A stretch of 55,879 nucleotides of DNA from an uncultured Bacteriovorax sp. (GTDB lineage Bacteria; Bdellovibrionota; Bacteriovoracia; Bacteriovoracales; Bacteriovoracaceae), in NCBI GenBank assembly GCA_964459395.1, contig CAYWMU010000001.1:1-55879 (forward strand), given 5' to 3'. Both the position numbers and the translations under genes were made by a program. Below the pieces are notes generated by a model. It did no database searches. It was given only the letters and a program-made list of their open reading frames with translations, and was not told the origin of the DNA. Positions 37,706-47,070 of this stretch are shown here, piece by piece (within the stretch, counting starts at the first letter, position 1; each line of letters begins with the position of its first letter).

Positions 37706-38728
37706 ATGTTGCACCAATCTCTAAAAGACATCTTCATCTTTTCTAACTTCTGCTGGGAATCAACATCGACTCGCATACGTTACATCGCTTTATCACTGAT
37801 AAAAAAACACCGCTTATTTTATGTTGAACCTCCTGTACTAGGAATGACAGGGCAACCCAAACTTAATGAGTCCTATTCTGCTGAAGGACTCACTGTGCTC
37901 ACTCCTTATCTCCCTCTGAGCACAGAAGAAAAAAATAAAAATGACATTACCCACGCATTATTAAAAGTATTTATCGAACAAGAAAATATAACATATTTTG
38001 ATAGCTGGTATTTCTCGCCAGGCGCTTGGGATTACTCTAACAGTCTTCATCCTCAATCCATTGTCTACAATGTTGAGCATGAATTTGAACTAGACTCTCC
38101 CCTTGCAAATGAAGCTAGTTATATTTTCTCTTCTCAACAAATTGACCATGACCGCTGTATTCTCATTCCTGATGGTGTTGATTTCGAACATTTCTCTCAG
38201 GCCCGTTTAAGCCTTATCAGACCCGACGATCTGGCCGATATTCCTTCTCCACGGATTGGTTGCTATAGCGTTTATGATCAAGATCTCATTGAAGAAGTGG
38301 CCAGGAGAAGACCCGATCTCCAATTTATATTTTTAATGCAAGAAGGTAGTGTCGAATTAAGTAATGTTCATTATCTTGGAATGAAAAACTTTTTCTCCCT
38401 TCCACTTTACTTCTCTCACTGGGACGTTGCTCTTACTTCAGATAGAGAAAACCAAATGATGGAGTTACTGGCATCCGGAACGCCTGTCATATGTTTAAAC
38501 GAAAGAGAAATTGATGATGGCCTTATACATCAAGCAACAAATATTGATGACGTCATTTTTAAAATTGACCTTGCACTTCAGCAAAACACTATTGATCCTT
38601 ACTGGATTGACCGCGTAGATAGTTATCTGCAAAGTAAAAGCTGGGATCATCAAGTCGAACTTATGCTAAAGGGTCAAAGACCGGAAGTTGATTTCCCAAC
38701 AACGGATTCACCAGCTTTAACTCAATAA
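37706..38728 (+). CDS. GT-B glycosyltransferase (GT4-like), possibly degenerate
   Basis: RLFYVEPP, PDGVDFEHF, PRIG, NVHYLG.K...LP.Y...WDVAL, ELLASGTPVI, SWD. Start reassigned to ATG 37706. Confidence 0.7.
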   Translation: MLHQSLKDIFIFSNFCWESTSTRIRYIALSLIKKHRLFYVEPPVLGMTGQPKLNESYSAEGLTVLTPYLPLSTEEKNKNDITHALLKVFIEQENITYFDSWYFSPGAWDYSNSLHPQSIVYNVEHEFELDSPLANEASYIFSSQQIDHDRCILIPDGVDFEHFSQARLSLIRPDDLADIPSPRIGCYSVYDQDLIEEVARRRPDLQFIFLMQEGSVELSNVHYLGMKNFFSLPLYFSHWDVALTSDRENQMMELLASGTPVICLNEREIDDGLIHQATNIDDVIFKIDLALQQNTIDPYWIDRVDSYLQSKSWDHQVELMLKGQRPEVDFPTTDSPALTQ

Positions 38729-38783
38729 GATATAGTCAAAGCTCCTAAGAGTACTTAGAATTTTAGAGTTAAAGGAGTATCTT

Positions 38784-39311
38784 ATGAGCTTAATTTTGAA
38801 ACAGATATTTGCCTTTCTGAAACTTCTCAATTCAGACACTGGTAACATATCTCTAGCAATGGGTATGACTTGCGGGTTCATCCTAGGCATGACACCGATT
38901 CTCTCCCTCCATAGTTTTCTCATTTTTCTTATTCTCTTCTTTTTTAGAATTCAAATCGGAGCAGCTTTTGTCGTCGCATTCTTTGTAAAGTTCATTGCCT
39001 TTTTTTTCGATCCCCTCTTTCACATGGTCGGGAGTGCGGTGCTTGAAATGGAGTCTCTGAAAGATATCTTTACCACTCTTTATAATATGCCAATCATTCC
39101 TTATACCCGTTTCAATAATTCCATTGTAATAGGATCAGCTGTTATTACAATTGCTCTTAGTCCATTTATTTTTATTCTCTCGCAAATGCTGATCATAAAA
39201 TATCGCGAGAAGGTTGTTGCACGTTTCAAAGAAACGAAGTTCTGGAAGCTTGTAACAGCAAGTAGCTTTTATAAGTGGTATTACAATTACTCCCAATACA
39301 AGTGGAATTAA
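38784..39311 (+). CDS. TIGR03546-like membrane protein
   Basis: LNS.T...S...G...G.TP, DP..H.VG..VL, LYN.P..P.TRFNNS.V.GS; paired with the downstream gene. Confidence 0.8.
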   Translation: MSLILKQIFAFLKLLNSDTGNISLAMGMTCGFILGMTPILSLHSFLIFLILFFFRIQIGAAFVVAFFVKFIAFFFDPLFHMVGSAVLEMESLKDIFTTLYNMPIIPYTRFNNSIVIGSAVITIALSPFIFILSQMLIIKYREKVVARFKETKFWKLVTASSFYKWYYNYSQYKWN

Positions 39312-39313
39312 TC

Positions 39314-41200
39314 ATGAGTGATAACAAGAAGAAAAAAAAGGCCGGAGGGCCAATTAGATACGAAGCCATTATTCCAGTACTTATTTTGAGTTTACTGACT
39401 TTTATCTATTTCAGTGTCTATTTTGATCGTCATGTAAAAAGTCTCGCAGAGTACATTGGAACCCAGATAAATGGAGCAGAGGTTAATATCGAAGAAGTCG
39501 ATATCTCTTTTATCAAAGGAAGTTTAACTGTCTCCAGACTTGAAGTAACAAACCTTGAAGATAATTTAAAGAACACAATTGAAATTGAAAAAATGCATTT
39601 CAAGCTTCTCTGGGATGCTTTGCTGCGAATGAAGTTTGTTATAGATGACGCTAGCATTGATAATGTCATGTTAATGTCTAAACGCCGCCGCCCCGGAAAA
39701 GTTCTTCCTCCGAGTCCCGCTAAACCTAGTAAGAGTGAAGCCCTACAAGCTGAGCTGGTCTCGCAAGTTCAAAGTAAGTACCAAGGAAATGTCTTAGAAA
39801 ACCTTATTACTTTTCTAGACGGAAGTTCTGTTGATGATCAAATCAAAGAGATCAGAGGGGCTTTAAAAAGTGAAGCTCGTATCAATGAGATGATTAAAGA
39901 AATAGATCAAAGAAAAGACTTTTGGGATCAAGAAATCAAAGAATTCAGTAATGACTCTATCATCAAAGATATTGAGAAAAAGATTCAAGGTTTAAAAAAT
40001 GAGAAAAATGATCTCAAGAAAATATCAATGGCAAAAGAGATTGCCGATGACATTAAGAAAGTTGATCAAAAAGTAAAATCAATAAAAGAACAATCAGAGA
40101 AACTTCAGTCCGAAGTAAAAAAGATTTCTAATTTCCCAAATGAGATTCAAAAACTTATTAAAGAGGACACTGAAAGTTTAAAAAACAGATTCTCTATTCC
40201 TGATCTTGATTTTAAAAATCTTGCCCTAAATCTCTTTGCAAAAGATCTTGTGGGATATTTAACTACGTTCAGAAAGTATTCAGAGGTGGCTAAACAGTAT
40301 CTTCCTGAAAAGAAAGAAGTTTCAGAGGAAGAGCAGATTGTTCCTCCTAAAAGAGATGAAGGAAAGACCTATCATTTTCCTGTTACCACAGGCTATCCCT
40401 TCATGTGGCTCAAGCACGCTAGTATTAGCTCTAAAGGAACAGAAGGATCATATGTTGGTGATGTGAAAGGCAAGCTGACCGATGTGACATCAGACCCACA
40501 ACTCATCAATAAGGCCGCCATATTAGACGTGGCCGGAAATTTCCCTACCATTAACTTACTCGGAGTTAAGGCCATCTTTGCTCTACACCATCATAGAGAG
40601 ACTCCGTATCAAGAAGCTTTCATGCAGGTGAATGAATTCAAACTTTTCGAGAAAATGTTTGTTAACGAAAAAGATAAAAAATTTGGAATCAGTGAGGCAA
40701 CAGGCACATCAACGATTAAAGCAAGAATTCAAAACAATACGATCGATATGAGCTTTCTCTCTCATTTCAATGAGCCTCGCTACCTTGTCAGTCTTGACTC
40801 AAGGTCTGCGACTCAAACTCTTACTCGGATTTTAAATAATATTCCAACGATAAGTCTTGAGGCCAAGGCCCAAGGTCCTTTTAGCAAGCTAGGAATTGAT
40901 CTAAAATCAAACTTAGGTGAAGAGTTGGGCAAAGGGCTCAGAAACGAGCTCACCTCTCAAATAGCTAGTGCTGAAAATAAAATTAATGCTCTTATTGAAG
41001 AGAAAGTTAAAGAACCTCAGAAGGAATTACTCAGCAAGGTAAACCTTTCTTCTAATCAGCTTAAGTCACTTAAGAATATAGAAAGTATTTATAAAAAATA
41101 TGAGGACCAGCTTGAGGCAGAGTTAAAAAAGATTCAAGGTGGTCAAGGAGAGAAGCTAAAAGAGCAAGGTAAGAAACTATTAAGAGGTTTAGGATTATAA
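39314..41200 (+). CDS. TIGR03545-like membrane-anchored protein (AsmA-like N-terminus, coiled-coil insert)
   Basis: N-terminal TM, GAEVNI..VD, LLWDALLR.KFVI, long K/E-rich coil, P.MW.K...IS. Start ATG 39314. Confidence 0.75.
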   Translation: MSDNKKKKKAGGPIRYEAIIPVLILSLLTFIYFSVYFDRHVKSLAEYIGTQINGAEVNIEEVDISFIKGSLTVSRLEVTNLEDNLKNTIEIEKMHFKLLWDALLRMKFVIDDASIDNVMLMSKRRRPGKVLPPSPAKPSKSEALQAELVSQVQSKYQGNVLENLITFLDGSSVDDQIKEIRGALKSEARINEMIKEIDQRKDFWDQEIKEFSNDSIIKDIEKKIQGLKNEKNDLKKISMAKEIADDIKKVDQKVKSIKEQSEKLQSEVKKISNFPNEIQKLIKEDTESLKNRFSIPDLDFKNLALNLFAKDLVGYLTTFRKYSEVAKQYLPEKKEVSEEEQIVPPKRDEGKTYHFPVTTGYPFMWLKHASISSKGTEGSYVGDVKGKLTDVTSDPQLINKAAILDVAGNFPTINLLGVKAIFALHHHRETPYQEAFMQVNEFKLFEKMFVNEKDKKFGISEATGTSTIKARIQNNTIDMSFLSHFNEPRYLVSLDSRSATQTLTRILNNIPTISLEAKAQGPFSKLGIDLKSNLGEELGKGLRNELTSQIASAENKINALIEEKVKEPQKELLSKVNLSSNQLKSLKNIESIYKKYEDQLEAELKKIQGGQGEKLKEQGKKLLRGLGL

Positions 41201-41203
41201 AAG

Positions 41204-41233
41204 ATTCGGGGGATTCATTCGAATCCCCCGAAT
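41204..41233. terminator. Probable bidirectional terminator
   Basis: 13-bp perfect stem ATTCGGGGGATTC / GAATCCCCCGAAT between convergent genes. Confidence 0.8.
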
Positions 41234-41238
41234 ACAAA

Positions 41239-43425
41239 CTAGTAATTAAGAAGCTTTCTAAGAGCAGAAGAAACGTGAGAAACCTGAGGAAGAATAACTT
41301 CTTCAAGGTCTGGGCAGTAAGCTACGTGAGTATCTTCTGAACAAACACGGAGAATAGGAGCATCAAGTAGCTCAAAACAATTCTCATTCACAAGAGCTGC
41401 TATCTCTCCGGCAAAACCAGAAGTCTTGTGCTCTTCATGACAAATGAGAAGCCTGTGTGTTTTAGAAAGAGATTTTTTAACAGCTTCAAAGTCAAATGGA
41501 GCGAGAGTACGTGGATCGATAATTTCAATCGAGTATCCCTCTTTCTCAAATTCTTTAGCCGCTTCAACAGCTTTCTGAACTAGTGCACCCCAAGCAACAA
41601 TAGTGGCGTCCTTACCTTCTTTAACAACACGAGCTTTACCAAATGGGATCATGTAATCCTCACCCGGATCGGCACAGCGGTTGTAACCTTGATAGTAAAG
41701 GTGCTTGTGCTCAAGGAACATCACAGGGTCATCACAACGAATCGCTGTGCGAAGAATCCCGATAGCATCTAGAGCATTAGAAGGGTAAACCACGCGAATA
41801 CCAGGATTGTGGATGAATAAAGATTCTCCAGACTGAGAGTGATACATGGCCCCACCACGAAGGTATCCACCAATTGGTACACGAACTACCATCGGGCATT
41901 TGAAGTCGCCACCAGAGCGGTAGCGAGTTGTGGCCATCTCATTCTTTAACTGCATGTAAGCAGTCCAGATATAATCAAAGAATTGAATTTCAACTACTGG
42001 CTTAAGTCCTCTCATGGCCATACCAATGGCACGACCAATAATGTTCGCTTCCGCAAGTGGTGAGTTAAACACCTGTCCAGGCTGAGCTACTTTTTGAACT
42101 CCGTGAGTAACTTTAAATACTCCTCCCTTACCTTTTAGATCAGGGTTCTCGTACTTTTCCACCTCAGTGAAGTCTGCAACGTCCTCACCGAAAACCATCA
42201 TAAGAGGATTTTTCTTAATCTCAGACTTCAAAGTCATATTGATAGCAGTTGCCAGAGGAATATCATCCTTACCAGAGAATTGAGGAGCAGTATCAAAATC
42301 AGATGAAGTTGGATCGACATCTGGAGAATACAGGTGATCCTTATAAGTTGATTTATCAGGCCAAGGTGTCGCGAGAGCTCTGTTCATAGCTTCGCGAACT
42401 TCTTTCGTCGCTTCATCAAGAAGTGCAGAAGTCTCATCAGTTGTCATGAGGCCTGTATCATTTAAGAAACGTGGGAATGAGTTAAATACATCTCTGAAAG
42501 CTTCATCTGCAAGATCATCTTTTGTTCTGTAATAAGAGTGATCATCAGAAAGAGAGTGAGAGTATGGACGAGTTACAGTAGCGTGCACGAGTACTGGACC
42601 ATTACCAGCACGAAGATATTTTTCGGCCTCAACCATTGTGTCGTAAGACTCAATTGGACAATTCCCATCACAAGTAAAGATTTTAAGACCTGGGAAATTT
42701 GCTAGAGCTACTGAAATAGAAGCTCCTGGAGTTTGCACTGAAACAGGTACTGAGATTGCATAACCATTATCTTCAATCATGAAAAGAACTGGGAGCTTAT
42801 TTACACATGCAGTAGTTAATCCTTCCCAAAACTCACCTTGAGATGTTGTTCCATCTCCTGAAGAAACATAAACGATCTCTTGATCGTTATAGACTGGAGA
42901 ATCTTTCAGGTTCATTTTCTTTAAATGAAGTCCTGCCTCTGCCACACCAACAGCTTGAAGGAATTGAGTTCCTGTACAAGATGATTTTGAAATAATGTTA
43001 AGTTTGACGTTACCCCAGTGAGCAGGCATTTGGCGCCCATGAGAAGCAGTATCACCAGTGTTACCATTGGCCTGACAAAGCATCTCATATGGAGTGTGAC
43101 CGAGACCTAAGCATAAAGCTCTATCACGGTAATATGGAATAAAGTAATCGTAACTAGGACGTAGAACTTTTGCTGCGGCAGAAAGAATTCCTTCGTGGCC
43201 CGCACCTGAGATTTGGAAGAAAGCTTTGTTTTGCTTCTTCATCGTAATCTCTGCATCATCAGTTTTACGTGAAACATAAATATTTTTAAGGAACCAAACA
43301 AGATCAGCTTTTGAAAGCTTATGTTTTTTAATCAGATCAAGTTTCTTGTTGTAACTAGGATTTGATTTAAGCGTGCTCGCCACAGCTTTAGACTTAACGT
43401 CAGTAGACTTTGTTGTCGTCGTCAT
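41239..43425 (-). CDS. 2-oxoacid dehydrogenase E1, fused alpha/beta (branched-chain type likely)
   Basis: GAGHE, PYYRDR, GRQMPAH, TPP motif GDG.TSQGEF...N, HS.SDD, GEDV, PLAEA.I.G, EIQFFDY, HSQS, FLEHK. Confidence 0.92.
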   Translation of the reverse strand: MTTTTKSTDVKSKAVASTLKSNPSYNKKLDLIKKHKLSKADLVWFLKNIYVSRKTDDAEITMKKQNKAFFQISGAGHEGILSAAAKVLRPSYDYFIPYYRDRALCLGLGHTPYEMLCQANGNTGDTASHGRQMPAHWGNVKLNIISKSSCTGTQFLQAVGVAEAGLHLKKMNLKDSPVYNDQEIVYVSSGDGTTSQGEFWEGLTTACVNKLPVLFMIEDNGYAISVPVSVQTPGASISVALANFPGLKIFTCDGNCPIESYDTMVEAEKYLRAGNGPVLVHATVTRPYSHSLSDDHSYYRTKDDLADEAFRDVFNSFPRFLNDTGLMTTDETSALLDEATKEVREAMNRALATPWPDKSTYKDHLYSPDVDPTSSDFDTAPQFSGKDDIPLATAINMTLKSEIKKNPLMMVFGEDVADFTEVEKYENPDLKGKGGVFKVTHGVQKVAQPGQVFNSPLAEANIIGRAIGMAMRGLKPVVEIQFFDYIWTAYMQLKNEMATTRYRSGGDFKCPMVVRVPIGGYLRGGAMYHSQSGESLFIHNPGIRVVYPSNALDAIGILRTAIRCDDPVMFLEHKHLYYQGYNRCADPGEDYMIPFGKARVVKEGKDATIVAWGALVQKAVEAAKEFEKEGYSIEIIDPRTLAPFDFEAVKKSLSKTHRLLICHEEHKTSGFAGEIAALVNENCFELLDAPILRVCSEDTHVAYCPDLEEVILPQVSHVSSALRKLLNY

Positions 43426-43504
43426 AGGAAACCCCTTTCTGTAAGTACGGGTATCTTAGCCCATAAAGGGCTTAAAAATCCACTATCTATAGACAAGATG
43501 ATAG

Positions 43505-44194
43505 TTATTTCTCGATGTGTTGTATTCGTAACAAGCGGGGTAAATAGCTGGAATTTAGTCGTAGTGAGAGATAAACGATAGTATTTGCATCTATCGTTTG
43601 AAGTTTTCCTTTCCATCGACCTTGACCTCGTGGCGAAAGCTCTATAACTCGGGCCTCTCCCTCAACAATAATTTCTGGCCTTTCAGTCGATAAAACCCAA
43701 TTTCCTTGAGAGTCAATAAGCTCTAACTCAAAGTCATAAAATTGTTTTTCCTGACTTATGACTCTCATTTTCGAATGAGCTAGATCCATTGTCTTCAATT
43801 TATTTTGATGGACTAGATCAATCTCAGAGAGGAGTTCTGATCCGAGGTAAATTTTTAGCCCATGGGTTCCTGAAGGAAAGTTTTTAAAAAAGATTCGGTA
43901 ATAGTACTTTCCTAGACTATCGCGAAAGTAATCAAAAACTATTCTTTCTTTACCGACCTTAAAACTAATCTCATCTGGGCCAACTTCTACCGGCTCATTG
44001 AACTGATTTTTGCTTTCAAAATAAAAGAAATAAGCTGCTTCTTCATGAATGGTTTTAATTGATAAAAGCTTTATCAGGGAATGGGTGAAGCTAACTTCTT
44101 GGGAATAAGGAAATGATGAAGGTGCACGTCTAACCGGAGAACTACATCCAACAATAAAAATAAAAAAAATAACTAGAAACAAACCCCTTCTCAT
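43505..44194 (-). CDS. Hypothetical lipoprotein, beta-rich
   Basis: Lipobox IVGC; two similar beta-rich halves (ESKNQFNEPV / ELIDSQGNWV) reminiscent of Ig-like modules. Confidence 0.7.
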   Translation of the reverse strand: MRRGLFLVIFFIFIVGCSSPVRRAPSSFPYSQEVSFTHSLIKLLSIKTIHEEAAYFFYFESKNQFNEPVEVGPDEISFKVGKERIVFDYFRDSLGKYYYRIFFKNFPSGTHGLKIYLGSELLSEIDLVHQNKLKTMDLAHSKMRVISQEKQFYDFELELIDSQGNWVLSTERPEIIVEGEARVIELSPRGQGRWKGKLQTIDANTIVYLSLRLNSSYLPRLLRIQHIEK

Positions 44195-44223
44195 AAAGAA
44201 CTTATCGGTATGAAAAGGGGTCT
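44181..44223 (-). promoter_or_regulatory. 15-bp hairpin covering the start codon, with a sigma28-like -10 (ACCGATAA) in and beside the loop
   Basis: AGACCCCTTTTCATA-CCGATAAGTTCTT-TATGAGAAGGGGTTT on the minus strand. Confidence 0.55.
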
Positions 44224-44244
44224 ATAAACTTAATTCATTCTATC

Positions 44245-46953
44245 TTAAGAATGAAGCTCTATCCCTACCTTAATTGGTCGCTCAGTCTTAAGACCAAACG
44301 AGTTTAAGAGGTCTACGATCTCACTTGGACGAATACTTCTTCCTTGATCTACCAGGGCCTCAATAAAGAGTCCTTCGTCACGACAAGGAGAAACTTCATC
44401 TATTGTTTCCATAAGTGAGTCTGCTAACTGTAGCTGACCTCGTGAAACATTCAATAGGAATGGCTTTACATCTTTTTCTAAGAACTTCTCATCCTTCTTA
44501 GAATAAGACTGAATGAGAATTTTTTCAGAGCTCTTTAGAGTTTCTTCAACATTCACTTTATCTCCTTCAATGACAGGAACAAAGTAAGTAAAAGACTTGG
44601 CCGAATCCTGAATGGAAACTGTTCTATTATCAATTGCTGAGATAGATCTGAAGTGAACACCTGGCTCACTATGCTTTTCTAGGATAGAAAGAATATCTTC
44701 AAAGTTAGTCCACTCCTCTGGAACTCTCACGTCAAAATACTCGACAAGAGAAGAGATCCCAAGAGTTAAAGCTGGACCAAAGGAAAGAAGCGGACGGATA
44801 TTGTAACCTTCAGAGTAAAGAGTCTCGAGTCCTGCTCTTTTAAAAATACGAGCAATGACCTTCTGAAGATCTAAATGAGAAATAAAAGAAATTGGACCAA
44901 TTTTTGAAAACTCAACTCTGTAGCGGTAACCTGTGAGCTGATTTCTTTTTTCTCTTAAAGAAATAATATCTTTCTTTAAGACTTCTGGTGCTACGTATGG
45001 TTCATCTTTAATAGCATTCATACCTGTTAAGAAATCTCTTCGCTCTTCCACCATTTGCTTTAAATCACAAGCTACTCCACAGTGATAGCAAACAAGTTTT
45101 TTCTTATCGATATCAAATGTTTTCTCAAGGGACTCAAGGTTTGAGTGGTGAACAATCATCCCTGCGACTTTACCACAAGGAGGTGAAAGTCTATTTTTAG
45201 TGGCCTTTTTCCATTCTAATTCTAAGAAACGATCAGTTAAACCTACATCAATATGATCCCAAGCGAGCCTTCCTTCCATAGGAATAGTTCCTAGGAAGAT
45301 TTCCGGATTGATTCCAGAGTTATCAACACACTCAATCCATAAGTCATACTTAAAAGTTTCATCCCAACCATCAAAACGAGCCCCACCGGCCCAAGCATTA
45401 TAAATAATGCTAGCGACTCGTCTATCTCCTCTCGAAACGATTCCCTCTAAGTGAGAAATTTTTGAGTAATGTCTTCTGAAGTTAAGACGGTACTTATCTG
45501 CATAATCTTTTAAAAGATTTTGCTTTCTTTGAATTTCAGAATGGGTGATCATGCTGGCCCACTGAAATGGCGTATGAGGTTTTGGAACAAAGCTTGAAAC
45601 TGAAACTGTGACAGTTGGGTTCCTTACTCCGCACTCTTGAGCTTTTCTTTTTGCTTTACCGGATGTTTCCATAATAGCGATAACATCTTCATCTTCTTCT
45701 GTCGGAAGGCCGATCATGAAGTAAAGCTTCATCTTGGTCCAACCACGAGAGAAAACGGCTTCTGCTGTTTTCATGAGATCATCTTCAGAGACGTTTTTAT
45801 TAATCACATCTCTCATTCGCTGACTTCCGGCTTCTGGAGCAAAAGTTAGTGATGAGTTTTTTACTTCCGCGAGTTTATCAAGAATTCTTTCATCAAGGCC
45901 GTAAGCCCTGAGAGAAGAAATCCCTAGGGTTGCATTTTCCTCTTGAAGTTTATCAAGAAGTTCAATCACTAAAGGAGTCACTGCTGAGTAATCAGCAGTA
46001 GAAAGACATGTGAGAGAGGCTTCATTAAAGCCTCCGTTCTTTAACCCATCCATAACCATCTGAACAACATTTTCGGGGTTTCTTTCTCTTACTGGACGAT
46101 AGATCATTCCCGCCTGACAAAAGCGACATCCCTCTGTACACCCACGAGCAAGCTCTACCGCGAATCGATCAAAAATCGCAGTCATATGAGGGATAGGTGA
46201 TCTTGTTGGGAAAGGATAATTTGTTAAGTTATCCACAAAATATCTTTGCACTCGACTTGGAAGTTCAGGGTGCTCATCAATAGGGCCTACCACCACTTCC
46301 ATTTGTGTCATCGGATCAATTTCTGTTTTATAAAATTGAGGAACGTAAATTCCTTTCCACGAAGCAAGCTCCAGAAGAATATCTTTTCTCTTCCAGCCTT
46401 GTGCTCTGGCTTCACCAATAAAGTGAGCAACCTTAGCAAAAAGAACTTCTCCATCACCTATCACCACGAAGTCCATGAAAGGTGCTAGCGGTTCAGGGTG
46501 AGTAGCACATGGACCACCACAGATAACAAAAGGCTCATGTTCGCCTCGATCTTTGGTCCAAATAGAAATTCCTCCAAGATCGAGCATGTTAAGAATATTG
46601 GTATAACTCATCTCATACTGAAGAGAGAAACCAACGATATCAAACTCTTTAAGAGGTTTAAAATTTTCTAAGGAGACAAGTGAAAGACCGCGCTCGCGAA
46701 TTTGCTTTTCCATATCAATCCATGGGGCAAAACATCTTTCAGCAATGAGGGATTCATGTTTATTGATTTCATCATAAAGGATCTTCATCCCTAAATGACT
46801 CATTCCAATTTCATAGGTATCAGGAAAACACAAAGCAACTTTACTAGTGGCCTTTTCCCAGTCCTTTCTTATAACAAAATGCTCTCCACCAATATAGCGT
46901 GCAGGCTTTTCAAGAAACTCAAGAAATGAAGCATAGGGATTATGTGAGGCCAT
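44245..46953 (-). CDS. B12-binding radical SAM protein (TIGR03960-like) fused to a TIGR03936/DUF2344-like domain
   Basis: KPARYIGGE, FPDTYEIGMSHLG, RGCTEGCRFCQAG, APEAGSQRMR, FVPKPHTPFQW; C-terminal FISHLDL...YSEGY..RP..SFG.AL..G..S..EY. Confidence 0.9.
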   Translation of the reverse strand: MASHNPYASFLEFLEKPARYIGGEHFVIRKDWEKATSKVALCFPDTYEIGMSHLGMKILYDEINKHESLIAERCFAPWIDMEKQIRERGLSLVSLENFKPLKEFDIVGFSLQYEMSYTNILNMLDLGGISIWTKDRGEHEPFVICGGPCATHPEPLAPFMDFVVIGDGEVLFAKVAHFIGEARAQGWKRKDILLELASWKGIYVPQFYKTEIDPMTQMEVVVGPIDEHPELPSRVQRYFVDNLTNYPFPTRSPIPHMTAIFDRFAVELARGCTEGCRFCQAGMIYRPVRERNPENVVQMVMDGLKNGGFNEASLTCLSTADYSAVTPLVIELLDKLQEENATLGISSLRAYGLDERILDKLAEVKNSSLTFAPEAGSQRMRDVINKNVSEDDLMKTAEAVFSRGWTKMKLYFMIGLPTEEDEDVIAIMETSGKAKRKAQECGVRNPTVTVSVSSFVPKPHTPFQWASMITHSEIQRKQNLLKDYADKYRLNFRRHYSKISHLEGIVSRGDRRVASIIYNAWAGGARFDGWDETFKYDLWIECVDNSGINPEIFLGTIPMEGRLAWDHIDVGLTDRFLELEWKKATKNRLSPPCGKVAGMIVHHSNLESLEKTFDIDKKKLVCYHCGVACDLKQMVEERRDFLTGMNAIKDEPYVAPEVLKKDIISLREKRNQLTGYRYRVEFSKIGPISFISHLDLQKVIARIFKRAGLETLYSEGYNIRPLLSFGPALTLGISSLVEYFDVRVPEEWTNFEDILSILEKHSEPGVHFRSISAIDNRTVSIQDSAKSFTYFVPVIEGDKVNVEETLKSSEKILIQSYSKKDEKFLEKDVKPFLLNVSRGQLQLADSLMETIDEVSPCRDEGLFIEALVDQGRSIRPSEIVDLLNSFGLKTERPIKVGIELHS

Positions 46954-46971
46954 GATGTACTCCTGATAAAT

Positions 46972-47028
46972 CTCTCTAAAGGCGAGAGGAAGGGGTCGAA
47001 CCTTCTGTAAATAAGAACTCCTTATTTA
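46972..47028 (-). other. Structured leader with a tRNA T-arm-like hairpin
   Basis: TAAATAAG/CTTATTTA hairpin, then GAAGG-TTCGACC-CCTTC, then CTCTC/GAGAG hairpin, just upstream of SD AGGAG. Confidence 0.4.
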
Positions 47029-47070
47029 ACAAAAGGTACCATCAAAGAAAAGGTTAATTGAAAAAAAGAG

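Noticed and set aside
46981-47060. Complete tRNA gene or cobalamin riboswitch upstream of the B12 radical SAM gene
   Set aside because: Only a T-arm is present, with no acceptor pairing or D arm, and I saw no B12-box consensus.
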